A stretch of 64,000 nt of DNA from Candidatus Latescibacterota bacterium (GTDB lineage: Bacteria > Latescibacterota > UBA2968): the NCBI GenBank assembly GCA_038279365.1, contig JAYODI010000006.1, forward strand, positions 22,268 to 86,267, written 5' to 3'. Positions 1 through 8,658 of this stretch are shown here, one piece after another. The position numbers were made by a program, and so were the translations under genes. The notes below the pieces were generated by a model. It saw only the letters and a program-made list of their open reading frames with translations. It was not told the origin of the DNA and did not search any database. The stretch's first letter is position 1; every line of letters begins with the position of its first letter.

Positions 1-191
1 GGGTCTTCATGCCCCCGCCCAGGAACCTTGTTACCACCTTCATAAAAATCGGTGTTGCGATAAATATTCACGCGCCCATTGATGGCCTCCTGAAAATCTG
101 CCCCCTCAATGGCCATCAACTGCCGCACATACCACAAACTCAGCTTCAAAAAGTGTGTGGCATAATGAATCCGAATATCATTTTGGCTCAT
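1..191 (-). CDS. Hypothetical protein, N-terminal part (runs off the window)
   Basis: Not in the ORF track. ATG at 191 follows a GAGGAGG RBS; the frame MSQNDIRIHYATHFLKLSLWYVRQ... is open to position 1. Confidence 0.7.
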   Translation of the reverse strand, partial: MSQNDIRIHYATHFLKLSLWYVRQLMAIEGADFQEAINGRVNIYRNTDFYEGGNKVPGRGHED

Positions 192-268
192 CGGTTACCC
201 TCCTCATTACAAAAAAGATGAAAGACGCGCCAAAATACGACATCCGCAGCTAAGATCAAAGTACAAAG

Positions 269-301
269 AAAAAACGGCGTGATAAAAACCACGCCGTTTT
301 T
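269..301 (-). terminator. Intrinsic terminator after flagellin
   Basis: AAAAAACGGCGTG-N-CACGCCGTTTTT inverted repeat with A/T tails, just past the fliC stop. Confidence 0.8.
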
Positions 302-322
302 GAGGGTACTGCCAGCCAATTG

Positions 323-1516
323 TTACTGCAACAACGTTAATGCACCTTGCGGAATCACATTGGCTTGCGCCAAAATAGATGTGCCCGATTGTACTAAAAC
401 TTGGGCCTGGGTAAAGGCCGAAACTTCTTCTGCAATATCGGCATCGCGAATAGACGATTCGGAAGCCTGGTTGTTTTCAATAGAGCTTTCTACCGTTCGC
501 AAGCTATAACTCAACCGATTTTGATAAGCACCCAAATCGCTACGAGTTTTGGCCACATTGGAAATGGCCAAATCAATTGTAGGAATGGCCGACTGAGAAG
601 ATGCCAGGGAAGACAATGACAAATTGCCCACATTGAGCATTGCCCCAGATGCACGCATATCGTGAATATTCACTTCAAGCCGATCCGCGGCGGTATCATC
701 AGCCCCCACCTGGAAGGTGCCTCCAGTACCTGCATTGATCACCAAGGTCGTCCCGTCCAAATCACCATCACGATACCCATCGGTTGCCGGTTTAATGCCT
801 GCAGCCGGTTTTTGCCCCGAAAGCGTCAATTGAATGCCCAAACGATCAAAATTGGCCACAATTGCACTGCCAGTGGCCACCACACCACCTGCCCCATCAA
901 TATCTAAAGAAGGCCCCAAATCCAGTGTTTGTGTGGCAACCCCATTGCCCAGCGTAATCTGATTATCGGTTGTGCCACTGTCAACAAACACATAATTCCC
1001 CGACTGTGCGCCAGACAGTTGCACATTGGCAACACCAGTTGTGCCCGATGCCAATGCCGTTGACGTGGCCACATTGTTGTCTAAGGTATTGCCATATCCC
1101 GTCAACAACGTGGTGTTGTTATAAGATGTAACCGATGCAATGCGGTCAATTTCATTGTTGAGTTGCACAAACTCGGCATTGATCGCTTCGCGGTTGTCGT
1201 CATTTACCGTAGAAGATGCCGATTGAACGGCCAGCTCACGCATCCGAATCAACATGGCACTCACTTCATTGAGCGCACCTTCAGCAGTTTGAACCAGATT
1301 AATGGCTTGCTCTGTATTGCGTGCACCTTGACGCAAACCACTGATATAACCTCTAAAACCTTCCGACACGCTCAATCCTGCGGCATCATCGGCTGCCCGA
1401 TTGATACGTAACCCGCTCGATAAGCGCTCAATGCGCACCTTCAGGTTCTTATTGTTAATATGCCCGATGCGTTGCACATTCATGCTCGGGATATTGTGAT
1501 TGACTCTAAGTGGCAC
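323..1516 (-). CDS. fliC: Flagellin
   Basis: N-terminal RLSSGLRINRAADDAAGL and C-terminal RSDLGAYQNRL...SIRDADIAEE...LAQAN flagellin motifs; GTG start after AAGGAGG. Confidence 0.97.
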   Translation of the reverse strand: MPLRVNHNIPSMNVQRIGHINNKNLKVRIERLSSGLRINRAADDAAGLSVSEGFRGYISGLRQGARNTEQAINLVQTAEGALNEVSAMLIRMRELAVQSASSTVNDDNREAINAEFVQLNNEIDRIASVTSYNNTTLLTGYGNTLDNNVATSTALASGTTGVANVQLSGAQSGNYVFVDSGTTDNQITLGNGVATQTLDLGPSLDIDGAGGVVATGSAIVANFDRLGIQLTLSGQKPAAGIKPATDGYRDGDLDGTTLVINAGTGGTFQVGADDTAADRLEVNIHDMRASGAMLNVGNLSLSSLASSQSAIPTIDLAISNVAKTRSDLGAYQNRLSYSLRTVESSIENNQASESSIRDADIAEEVSAFTQAQVLVQSGTSILAQANVIPQGALTLLQ

Positions 1517-1522
1517 CAGTAA

Positions 1523-1579
1523 CCTCCTTGTTCAACTTATCTTGGCATCCTTGCCGTTCAAAAATTGAGGCAATCCATT
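1523..1579 (-). promoter_or_regulatory. CsrA-type ANGGA sites in the flagellin 5' UTR
   Basis: Minus strand reads AATGGATT, then the hairpin GGCA-AGGA-TGCC (1544-1555), then CAAGGAGG overlapping the SD. Confidence 0.65.
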
Positions 1580-1657
1580 GATCACCCACAAACTTAATAC
1601 TACTTAGTATTCCAAAATCGTTTACTACTGATTGTTTCTAAACAATTTACACCAATA

Positions 1658-1684
1658 TTATCGTCACAGTTTCAAAGTCCTTGA
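1658..1684 (-). promoter_or_regulatory. Sigma28 (FliA) promoter of flagellin
   Basis: TCAA-N15-GACGATAA versus consensus TAAA-N15-GCCGATAA, upstream of fliC. Confidence 0.8.
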
Positions 1685-1789
1685 GCCTTTTTTCATGATC
1701 TAAAATCGGCAAAACAAACGAACCAACTTGATTTTAATGGGGGTTTATCTTAAGTTTTCATAACTATTTCTGCTCAAGGAGGAAATTAT

Positions 1790-2338
1790 ATGGCCGATGA
1801 AAACACGCCTGATGAAAATGATGTTGAAGCCGAAATGATGCGCATGATGCAAGAAGAATTATCTGGCGATGACGCAGAAAGCACAGGCTCAGAAGAAGAC
1901 GATGCGTTGGCAGAAATGGCTGCCGCCTTGGGAGGTGGCGACGATGGGGGCAACATTGACGAAATGCTTGAGCAAGAAATGCTCAAGGCCATGCAAAATG
2001 ATACCGGAGATGATTCCGGCGCTCATTTTGGTGCCCTCCCTGCTTTTGGGGGTGGCGCATCTGTCTCCCAAAACGCCGATGGCATTGAACGTTTGGCAGA
2101 TGTTGAAGTCAATGTAACAGTAGAATTAGGTGGTGCCTCCATCGAAATCAAAGACATTATGCAATGGACCAGCGATTCTATTGTCGAACTCGAAGCCCAA
2201 GAAAGTGACCCCGTAGACATACTCGTCAATGGCAAACTATTTGCCAAGGGCGAAGTGGTCGTTGTGGCCGACACATTTGGCGTTCGTATTATAGAGCTTG
2301 TTGACCCAACAATAGAGCCAACCTTTAGACATCAATAA
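1790..2338 (+). CDS. fliN: Flagellar motor switch protein FliN (C-terminal SpoA domain) with acidic N-terminal extension
   Basis: LADVEVNVTVELG...PVDILVNGKLFAKGEVVVVADTFGVRI; AAGGAGG RBS. Confidence 0.9.
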   Translation: MADENTPDENDVEAEMMRMMQEELSGDDAESTGSEEDDALAEMAAALGGGDDGGNIDEMLEQEMLKAMQNDTGDDSGAHFGALPAFGGGASVSQNADGIERLADVEVNVTVELGGASIEIKDIMQWTSDSIVELEAQESDPVDILVNGKLFAKGEVVVVADTFGVRIIELVDPTIEPTFRHQ

Positions 2339-2354
2339 ACGCAATCTTGACTGC

Positions 2355-2400
2355 AATAAAAAAAGCGGTGTGCTCACTTGGAGCACACCGCTTTTTTATT
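2355..2400. terminator. Bidirectional terminator between convergent fliN and fliL
   Basis: AAAAAAGCGGTGTGCTC-ACTTG-GAGCACACCGCTTTTTT. Confidence 0.9.
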
Positions 2401-2408
2401 TCTCTTTT

Positions 2409-2975
2409 TTACTCGCTCTTATATCCTGGCAGTGCTTGTATGGTTAATCGGCTAAAATAAATATCCACCACCTGCCCCTCATATAACAACTCATTCACAC
2501 GCAACTTCATGCGCTCCTTGACCACATCGCGTCCATCTCTTCCAGACAATTCTTTTGGCGTAGCATGTGTAAACTCATAAACAATCGCATCTTTTACTTG
2601 ATCTATTTTGGCGTCATCTTCAATTTCACCCTTTGCATCATCTGGTGACACAGCCAAGGTCACATCGACCGTCACCAACAATCGCAAATTCTCAGAACGC
2701 GGGTTGATCACAAACTTGCCCATGTCAACGCTGTCTTCTGGCTCATTGCTTTCAGGAATAACGCGTGGGCGCTCACCAAGCTCCCCTTCTGCACCGCCAT
2801 CTTTTTGAAACAAAAATCGCTCAATTCCCCAATAAACGCCCACTGCTTGTAACGCCAGAATAATGATTACAATTGGAAAATATCGCAACAAACTGGGCTG
2901 CTTAACCGGCGCAGCAGGTGGGGCGGCAGCACCTTGGGGGGCATCTTCTTCTGGGTCATCTTCCTCTTCTGCCAT
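2409..2975 (-). CDS. fliL: Flagellar basal body-associated protein FliL
   Basis: Single N-terminal TM, then FVINP...KDAIV...RVNELL..GQVVDIYFS FliL-like pattern; start taken at MAEEEDD. Confidence 0.8.
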   Translation of the reverse strand: MAEEEDDPEEDAPQGAAAPPAAPVKQPSLLRYFPIVIIILALQAVGVYWGIERFLFQKDGGAEGELGERPRVIPESNEPEDSVDMGKFVINPRSENLRLLVTVDVTLAVSPDDAKGEIEDDAKIDQVKDAIVYEFTHATPKELSGRDGRDVVKERMKLRVNELLYEGQVVDIYFSRLTIQALPGYKSE

Positions 2976-3026
2976 AGATGAAAAATCACTTTCAGTCCAA
3001 AAGCCAAACCACAACCAACATCTTAT

Positions 3027-3356
3027 TTACTCTACAGTTTCATCGGTTTCCACACGATGCCGCGTAGGTCTCCGAGAAGCCTGTTGTTGGCGAAATTGAT
3101 TAACCTCTTGTTCCATCTTTTTTTCTGTCTGCTCCAACGTATCAGATTCAGACTTAAGATCGGCCAACTGCTCAGCCAACTCTTCTGCACGGGCCTCATA
3201 TTCTTCAGCTTGCACAGCCACATCTTGCTGGTTACTCAGTGCAATCTCAATTTGGGCTTGGATGTTATCGACTTGACGACGATAAACCATTAAAATCTGC
3301 ACCGTCCAAGTTACAAAGGCGATGATAAGAATTAAGTAAATCCATTCCAAAAGCAT
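3027..3356 (-). CDS. Membrane-anchored coiled-coil hypothetical protein
   Basis: N-terminal hydrophobic helix followed by a Q/E-rich heptad region; AAGGA RBS. Confidence 0.7.
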   Translation of the reverse strand: MLLEWIYLILIIAFVTWTVQILMVYRRQVDNIQAQIEIALSNQQDVAVQAEEYEARAEELAEQLADLKSESDTLEQTEKKMEQEVNQFRQQQASRRPTRHRVETDETVE

Positions 3357-3374
3357 TTCCTTAAAAAAGTGGGC

Positions 3375-4634
3375 CTATACCTGACTTTTGGCAACCGGAA
3401 CACGCACCAAAAATGTAGCACCTTCACCTATTCGATTTTGCAATTCGATCTCGCCGGCATGGGCATTGACAATGCGCTGACAAATAGCCAACCCCAACCC
3501 CGTGCCTTTGTCTTTTGCCTTGGTGGTAAAAAACGCTTTAAAAACATCGGCCTCTTTGTTTGCAGGAACCCCACCTCCCGTATCAGTAACCTCCACCTCA
3601 ACATACCGCTTGCCCAATTTATCCACTTCTCGCGTTGCCAATCTCAGCGTACCTCCCCGCTGGCCCTGCATGGCTTGGGCAGCATTTTGAATCAAGTTCA
3701 TAAAGACCTGTTCCAAACGATTTGCATTGCCCAACACTGGCGACAACTCTGCCGCCATCTGCTGTTTGATCGTGACGCCAAATTTGACCAACAGACGCTC
3801 TGTAAGCATCAAGGCTTCTAACAAGACCCGATGGATATCCACCTCACCAAAAGAATCGGCATCACCCCGCGCATAATTTTGAATGCTATCGACCAAACTG
3901 GTAATGCGCTCCGTTTGCCGCACGATCACCCGAGATGCGTCCAACACATCCGATATTTCTGGAAATTTTACGGCCAAAATTTCGGCATTGCCCATAATAA
4001 CAGCCAATGGATTTTGAATATCATGTGCAACCGTACCTGCCAACAATCCCAACACCGACAGTTTTTCAGTCAACAACACCTGATCATAAGCTTCTGATAA
4101 TTTGTGGTTGGTGGTACGCAATTCATCAACCAACAATGCATTTTCCAATGCAACAGCGACCCCTGCGGCCATTGCCTGTAACAAAGCCTCATCGTCTTCA
4201 TCAAATAGGCCCGACTTTTTGTTTAACACCGCAAAAGCACCAATCACTTGCCCCATACGCCCCCGTAAAGGACAACACAACATCGAGCGCGTTGTATATC
4301 CATGTTTTTGATCCCAGGTGGGGTCAAATTCAGGCATTTCATATGCGTCGGCCACATTTAAAATATGACCAGAAGATACCACAAGGCCCGCAATGCCGCG
4401 GTTGGCCGGCATACGAATTTCATCTATTCCTTGCGCAACCCGCGTCCATAGCTCATCTTTAACCCGATCTACCACATAAACACTGCACCGATCAGCTACC
4501 ATGACCTGTACGGCAGCTTCTGCGATCAGAGCCAGCAATTTATCTAAATCTAATTCGCGAGCCAATTCTCGGTTGACATCCAACAGCGTTTCCAACTTTT
4601 CTAACCGCTGTAACAAAGGTATATTCTGATCCAT
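3375..4634 (-). CDS. Cytoplasmic GAF-domain sensor histidine kinase
   Basis: GAF (LNVADAY..PEFD...TRSMLCCP), H-box AHDIQNPL, N-box EQVFMNLIQNA, G-boxes DTGGG and GTGLGL. Confidence 0.93.
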   Translation of the reverse strand: MDQNIPLLQRLEKLETLLDVNRELARELDLDKLLALIAEAAVQVMVADRCSVYVVDRVKDELWTRVAQGIDEIRMPANRGIAGLVVSSGHILNVADAYEMPEFDPTWDQKHGYTTRSMLCCPLRGRMGQVIGAFAVLNKKSGLFDEDDEALLQAMAAGVAVALENALLVDELRTTNHKLSEAYDQVLLTEKLSVLGLLAGTVAHDIQNPLAVIMGNAEILAVKFPEISDVLDASRVIVRQTERITSLVDSIQNYARGDADSFGEVDIHRVLLEALMLTERLLVKFGVTIKQQMAAELSPVLGNANRLEQVFMNLIQNAAQAMQGQRGGTLRLATREVDKLGKRYVEVEVTDTGGGVPANKEADVFKAFFTTKAKDKGTGLGLAICQRIVNAHAGEIELQNRIGEGATFLVRVPVAKSQV

Positions 4635-4666
4635 ATCCACCCAATTATGAAAACAAACAACCGACC

Positions 4667-5359
4667 ATGAAACCACGCATATCTGTTATTATACCCGTAT
4701 TTAACGAACAAGATGCCATCGAAAAGGTCATTGGGGAAATTCCCAAAGAACTCGTGACCGAAATCTTGGTGGTAGACAATGGATCAACCGATCAAACCGC
4801 ACGTTTGGCCACCCAAATGGGTGCCAAAGTTATTCGAGAAGACCGCCGAGGATATGGATGGGCTTGTTTGGCAGGTATGGCTGCCGTTGACAACCCCAAT
4901 ATTGTGGTCTTTCTCGATGGCGACTACAGCGACCACCCCAATGAGATGACGGCACTTGTGGCTCCCATTTTAGAAAACCGTGCCGATCTGGTCATTGGTT
5001 CTCGCGTTTTGGGAAATCGGGAACCCGGTGCGCTCTTGCCTCAAGCGCGTTTTGGAAACTGGTTGGCCACCCGCCTGATTCGCTGGTTCTACGGGGTTGC
5101 ACACACCGATTTGGGCCCTTTTCGCGCCATTGCTCATCCAGCTCTCCAGCAAATCAACATGCAAGATAAAACGTTTGGCTGGACAGTTGAAATGCAAGTC
5201 AAGGCCGCAAAATTGGGTTTAAAAGCCACAGAAATACCCGTGAGTTATCGACGGCGAATTGGCGTTTCAAAAATTACAGGCACACTCAAGGGCACCGTAA
5301 AAGCTGGCTGGAAAATCTTATACACCATCTTCAAGTATACACTTGTTGGCGTAAAATAA
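4667..5359 (+). CDS. Glycosyltransferase family 2 (DPM1-like)
   Basis: SVIIPVFNE, VVDNGSTD, FLDGDYSD motifs. Confidence 0.92.
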   Translation: MKPRISVIIPVFNEQDAIEKVIGEIPKELVTEILVVDNGSTDQTARLATQMGAKVIREDRRGYGWACLAGMAAVDNPNIVVFLDGDYSDHPNEMTALVAPILENRADLVIGSRVLGNREPGALLPQARFGNWLATRLIRWFYGVAHTDLGPFRAIAHPALQQINMQDKTFGWTVEMQVKAAKLGLKATEIPVSYRRRIGVSKITGTLKGTVKAGWKILYTIFKYTLVGVK

Positions 5360-5399
5360 AGCCCATCATCCAAACAAAAATGCGCCCAACAAAGGCGCA

Positions 5400-5867
5400 T
5401 TACTTTTGAGCACGCAACATAAACCGAATTGTTTTGGCAAATGCTTCTGCTCCCTGCTGACTAATTTGAAAGGTCTCTTGGCGCCGTACCATTTCGCGAA
5501 GGGCCATCATACACCGCACCTTAGGTGGACCATCTAAGCGCACAGCCTGAACCATTGCTCGCCCGGGTTTGGGCACTGACACCTCAACGGGTGCAGAAAC
5601 AGGCACGGGCGTTGGGCGCTCATCTTCTTCGGGCCACCAACGAATAAAGAAATAGAGCGTAAATGAAACCAAAAAAATCGACATCAACATAGAACCAACG
5701 GGCAACAGACCATAATAAAAAGCCACCACACCCAACACACCCATCCCCACGCCCAACATCATAATCCAACGCGACAGATTATTGGCCACCACCTGCAATG
5801 GCCCAACGCCCGCATCCATCTGTTTTGCCTTTTCTTTAAGCGGCTTCTCCATCTTTTTGTACCCCAT
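5400..5867 (-). CDS. Two-TM hypothetical membrane protein
   Basis: Two hydrophobic segments; overlaps the end of zapA; start uncertain (5867 or 5852). Confidence 0.65.
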   Translation of the reverse strand: MGYKKMEKPLKEKAKQMDAGVGPLQVVANNLSRWIMMLGVGMGVLGVVAFYYGLLPVGSMLMSIFLVSFTLYFFIRWWPEEDERPTPVPVSAPVEVSVPKPGRAMVQAVRLDGPPKVRCMMALREMVRRQETFQISQQGAEAFAKTIRFMLRAQK

Positions 5868-6153
5868 CCAAAAACTGCCCCAAGCGCTTCACGGCAGAAA
5901 TCGTTCGCGTTTGATCCACATCTTGCATGGCGCGGTGTTGAAACAAACGATCCGCAATATCTAAAGCTGCCATAATGGCCACTTTTGCCGTATCGCCAAT
6001 GTTCATCTCGTGCGCAATTTCCTTCATCCGCCGATCCACATAACCTGAAATTTTATGGGTATAGGCTTCCGATTCACTGCTTTTAAGTACATATTCTTGA
6101 CCAAAAATGATCACACGCGTAATATGTACATCATAATCGTCCATTTTGGGCAT
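5836..6153 (-). CDS. zapA: Cell division protein ZapA
   Basis: VIIFGQEYVL...YVDRRMKEI...KVAIMAALDIAD ZapA signature. Confidence 0.9.
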   Translation of the reverse strand: MPKMDDYDVHITRVIIFGQEYVLKSSESEAYTHKISGYVDRRMKEIAHEMNIGDTAKVAIMAALDIADRLFQHRAMQDVDQTRTISAVKRLGQFLDGVQKDGEAA

Positions 6154-6261
6154 AACTTAACTCGCAAAAAGAAGCGTGTGTCGAGCGTGCAAGATCATAC
6201 TTGCTGCTGGGGGGCATTGCTCGTACCATTTCTTCTTAAAAAAAATAAGGGAGTGCTTTTA

Positions 6262-6291
6262 AATCTAAGCAGATTCGCTTTGGATTGTCAA
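6262..6291 (-). promoter_or_regulatory. Sigma70-type promoter for zapA
   Basis: TTGACA-N18-TAGATT. Confidence 0.6.
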
Positions 6292-6327
6292 GCACCATAA
6301 AAAATTAAAAAAAATTAAAAAAATAAC

Positions 6328-6355
6328 TCAAGAAATGATATGGACCTGTCGATAC
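6328..6355 (+). promoter_or_regulatory. Possible sigma28 promoter
   Basis: TCAA-N16-GTCGATAC; shares the TCAAG -35 of the fliC promoter. Confidence 0.45.
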
Positions 6356-6472
6356 TATGAGAGAGGGGTTGAGTTTTCTTTTTTCACTGAAGATTTCCAC
6401 TTCGCCATTGGCCGGCACAGTTTGAAACTCAACCCCGTTTTGCCGGTCTACACAATTGTAAGGTGGTTCAAT

Positions 6473-6952
6473 ATGCCGGGTCCTGTTACGTCAACAACTG
6501 ATATCATCCCAAATACACCACCGCCCCAACCTGCTCCACCCCCAACAACCGAACCAACGCCCCAATCGCCACCTGAAGATATTGTTGATATCTCCATTCA
6601 AGGCGATCCCAATGGCACATCTGCCAATACGGGGTTACAGACCTATGGCCCCCCATCAATAAAAGACCAGTTTCGTTTTGATATAGAAAATGGGCGATTT
6701 AGCAACCGTGGGCGTTACACACCATTAACCACCAACTTCGAAACCGTTGCAAAATCGACCTATCACTCACGTGCCAATTTGGGCGGGCAAGTCAACGGAC
6801 TTTCAGGGCACAGCAGCGCCCAGGCCACATTGTTTGCCCTGGGGTATCAAGACGCATCTCCAGATTCAACGCACGCCTCAAGCAATGTAGAAGCCCGGGC
6901 CCAAGAAACACGACGCATCAACAGCAACTTGGATCTTCTCAACATGCTTTAA
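6473..6952 (+). CDS. Proline-rich hypothetical protein
   Basis: AAGGTGG RBS, ATG 6473, P/T-rich N-terminus, terminator immediately downstream. Confidence 0.7.
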   Translation: MPGPVTSTTDIIPNTPPPQPAPPPTTEPTPQSPPEDIVDISIQGDPNGTSANTGLQTYGPPSIKDQFRFDIENGRFSNRGRYTPLTTNFETVAKSTYHSRANLGGQVNGLSGHSSAQATLFALGYQDASPDSTHASSNVEARAQETRRINSNLDLLNML

Positions 6953-6971
6953 ACAAGATTCCCCGTAAAAC

Positions 6972-7006
6972 AAAAAGGCCGAAGCGATTGCGCTTCGGCC
7001 TTTTTT
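6972..7006. terminator. Bidirectional terminator
   Basis: AAAAAGGCCGAAGCG-ATTG-CGCTTCGGCCTTTTTT between convergent genes. Confidence 0.9.
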
Positions 7007-7020
7007 AATGCCCTGCCATC

Positions 7021-7269
7021 CTACGAAGACTTGGCCATTGGATCTGTCCTGACAACACCATCGGTTGCAGGCACTTCGATCTCCACGATCCACCCCTTCA
7101 TCACCTTTCCCATCACCACAATTTCGCGCGGTGCTTTGTGAAGCAATTTGGCGTCTTTAGACACACGTTCCAACGCACGACAATTGTCGTCATCAACACA
7201 AAAATAACGCTGCACACGTCCTTCGGGAATGCCACCCAATCGGTCTATGGCTTTGGAAGTTTCTGACAT
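7021..7269 (-). CDS. Small hypothetical protein (82 aa)
   Basis: ATG 10 nt after the nadD stop; ends at the terminator. Confidence 0.65.
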   Translation of the reverse strand: MSETSKAIDRLGGIPEGRVQRYFCVDDDNCRALERVSKDAKLLHKAPREIVVMGKVMKGWIVEIEVPATDGVVRTDPMAKSS

Positions 7270-7279
7270 CGTATTGTCT

Positions 7280-7867
7280 CTATTGGTAAAGGTTGTGTGT
7301 TTCAATATATTCGATGACCGCATTGGGAACCCAATAGCGAATAGGCCACCCCATTCTTACGCGCTCGCGAATAACCGTAGACGATATTTCCAGCAACGGC
7401 GTTTTGACAAATTGCATTTTTGCTTTTAAAATGGGGTCGATACCCTCACGGTCAAAATGGGGGCGTTCGGCCACCAACACTTGAGCCAAATCCAAAACAC
7501 CTTCAGGATTGTGCCAAGACCGCATATCCACGGCATTGTCGGCCCCAATAATTAAAAAGAGCGAAACGCCATTCCCCATTTCATTGCGCAATGTGCGCAA
7601 CGTATCAACCGTATAAGACTTGCCTGCACGTTCTAATTCAAACAAGCTCACCGAAAATTTATCGTGGTCATCCAAGGCCAGACGCACCATTTCTGCACGA
7701 TCTTGTGCAGTGGCCATGCCTGAATATTGCTTGTGTGGCGGTATGCCAGACGGCATAAAGATCAAGTGGTCGAGTTGACATTGCAAAAACACCTCTTGGC
7801 CTACCAAGAGGTGTCCCATATGAATGGGGTCGAATGTGCCCCCATAAATCCCTACGCGCCCAGTCAT
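7280..7867 (-). CDS. nadD: Nicotinate-nucleotide adenylyltransferase
   Basis: GGTFDPIHMGH, SYTVDTL, IIGADN, ISSTVIR. Confidence 0.97.
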   Translation of the reverse strand: MTGRVGIYGGTFDPIHMGHLLVGQEVFLQCQLDHLIFMPSGIPPHKQYSGMATAQDRAEMVRLALDDHDKFSVSLFELERAGKSYTVDTLRTLRNEMGNGVSLFLIIGADNAVDMRSWHNPEGVLDLAQVLVAERPHFDREGIDPILKAKMQFVKTPLLEISSTVIRERVRMGWPIRYWVPNAVIEYIETHNLYQ

Positions 7868-7875
7868 AATAGCCG

Positions 7876-8634
7876 TTAATTTTTCTGCAAGTCTTTTTGC
7901 ACCTTCACCGTTAAATCAATCACCATTTTTTTGAGCTTAGGCTCCAAATCTTGTCCAGACAACAGAGTCAGGTCGTTTAAAGCACCTTTGAGATCTTGGG
8001 TTTTGATCTTCACTTTTGCAAGAACAAATTGGGCTTCTAACGCCGCCTCTGTATTCGGAAACTTTTCTATAATGGCGTCCGAATACAACTTTGCAGATGT
8101 GACATAGCCCCACTTTAGATAATTGTGGGCAATTTCAACATCTCTTAATGCCAGCTTGTTACGCAATTGTGTCACACGCGCTTGTGCGTCTTTGACAAGG
8201 TCACTGTTGGGGTAATCTTCTATAAAGCGCGTAAACTCCTGAATCGCTTTGTTTGTTTCATTTTGGTCGTGGTGAATGTCTCGTGCTTGCTGAAAATATG
8301 ATTCCCCAATTTGAAAACGTGCAGCAGGAGCATAGGGGCTTACCGGATATTCATTCAACAAACGTTCAAATTCAAAAATAGCGACCAAATATTCTTCTCG
8401 ACATTGTGCAGCCTGCCCCAACCCAAATTGGGCATCATCTGTCAAATGGGATCCCGGAAAATCCATTAACATATTGCGAAAGAGCAACTCCGCAGGATAA
8501 CATTTGCCATCTTTCAATGCTTTTTGCCCATTTTCATAATAGATTTCTGGGCTTGACCGCCGATACTTATTTTGGGCACATCCGCCAGATAAAGCAAGCA
8601 GTGCCGCACACCCCACAATCAAAAATCGTTTCAT
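7876..8634 (-). CDS. bamD: Outer membrane protein assembly factor BamD (lipoprotein)
   Basis: Lipobox LSGGC, TPR repeats, HDQNETNKAIQEF...YPNS...LALRDVEIA pattern. Confidence 0.88.
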   Translation of the reverse strand: MKRFLIVGCAALLALSGGCAQNKYRRSSPEIYYENGQKALKDGKCYPAELLFRNMLMDFPGSHLTDDAQFGLGQAAQCREEYLVAIFEFERLLNEYPVSPYAPAARFQIGESYFQQARDIHHDQNETNKAIQEFTRFIEDYPNSDLVKDAQARVTQLRNKLALRDVEIAHNYLKWGYVTSAKLYSDAIIEKFPNTEAALEAQFVLAKVKIKTQDLKGALNDLTLLSGQDLEPKLKKMVIDLTVKVQKDLQKN

Positions 8635-8658
8635 AACCCTCACAATCGCCAAATTTAC

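Noticed and set aside
5360-6300. 6S RNA next to zapA
   Set aside because: No ~180-nt non-coding rod downstream (next CDS overlaps zapA), and the upstream hairpin is only ~70 nt.
6298-6326. AAAAAATTAA-type short repeat
   Set aside because: A-tract between divergent promoters, consistent with an UP/bending element rather than a distinct repeat family.
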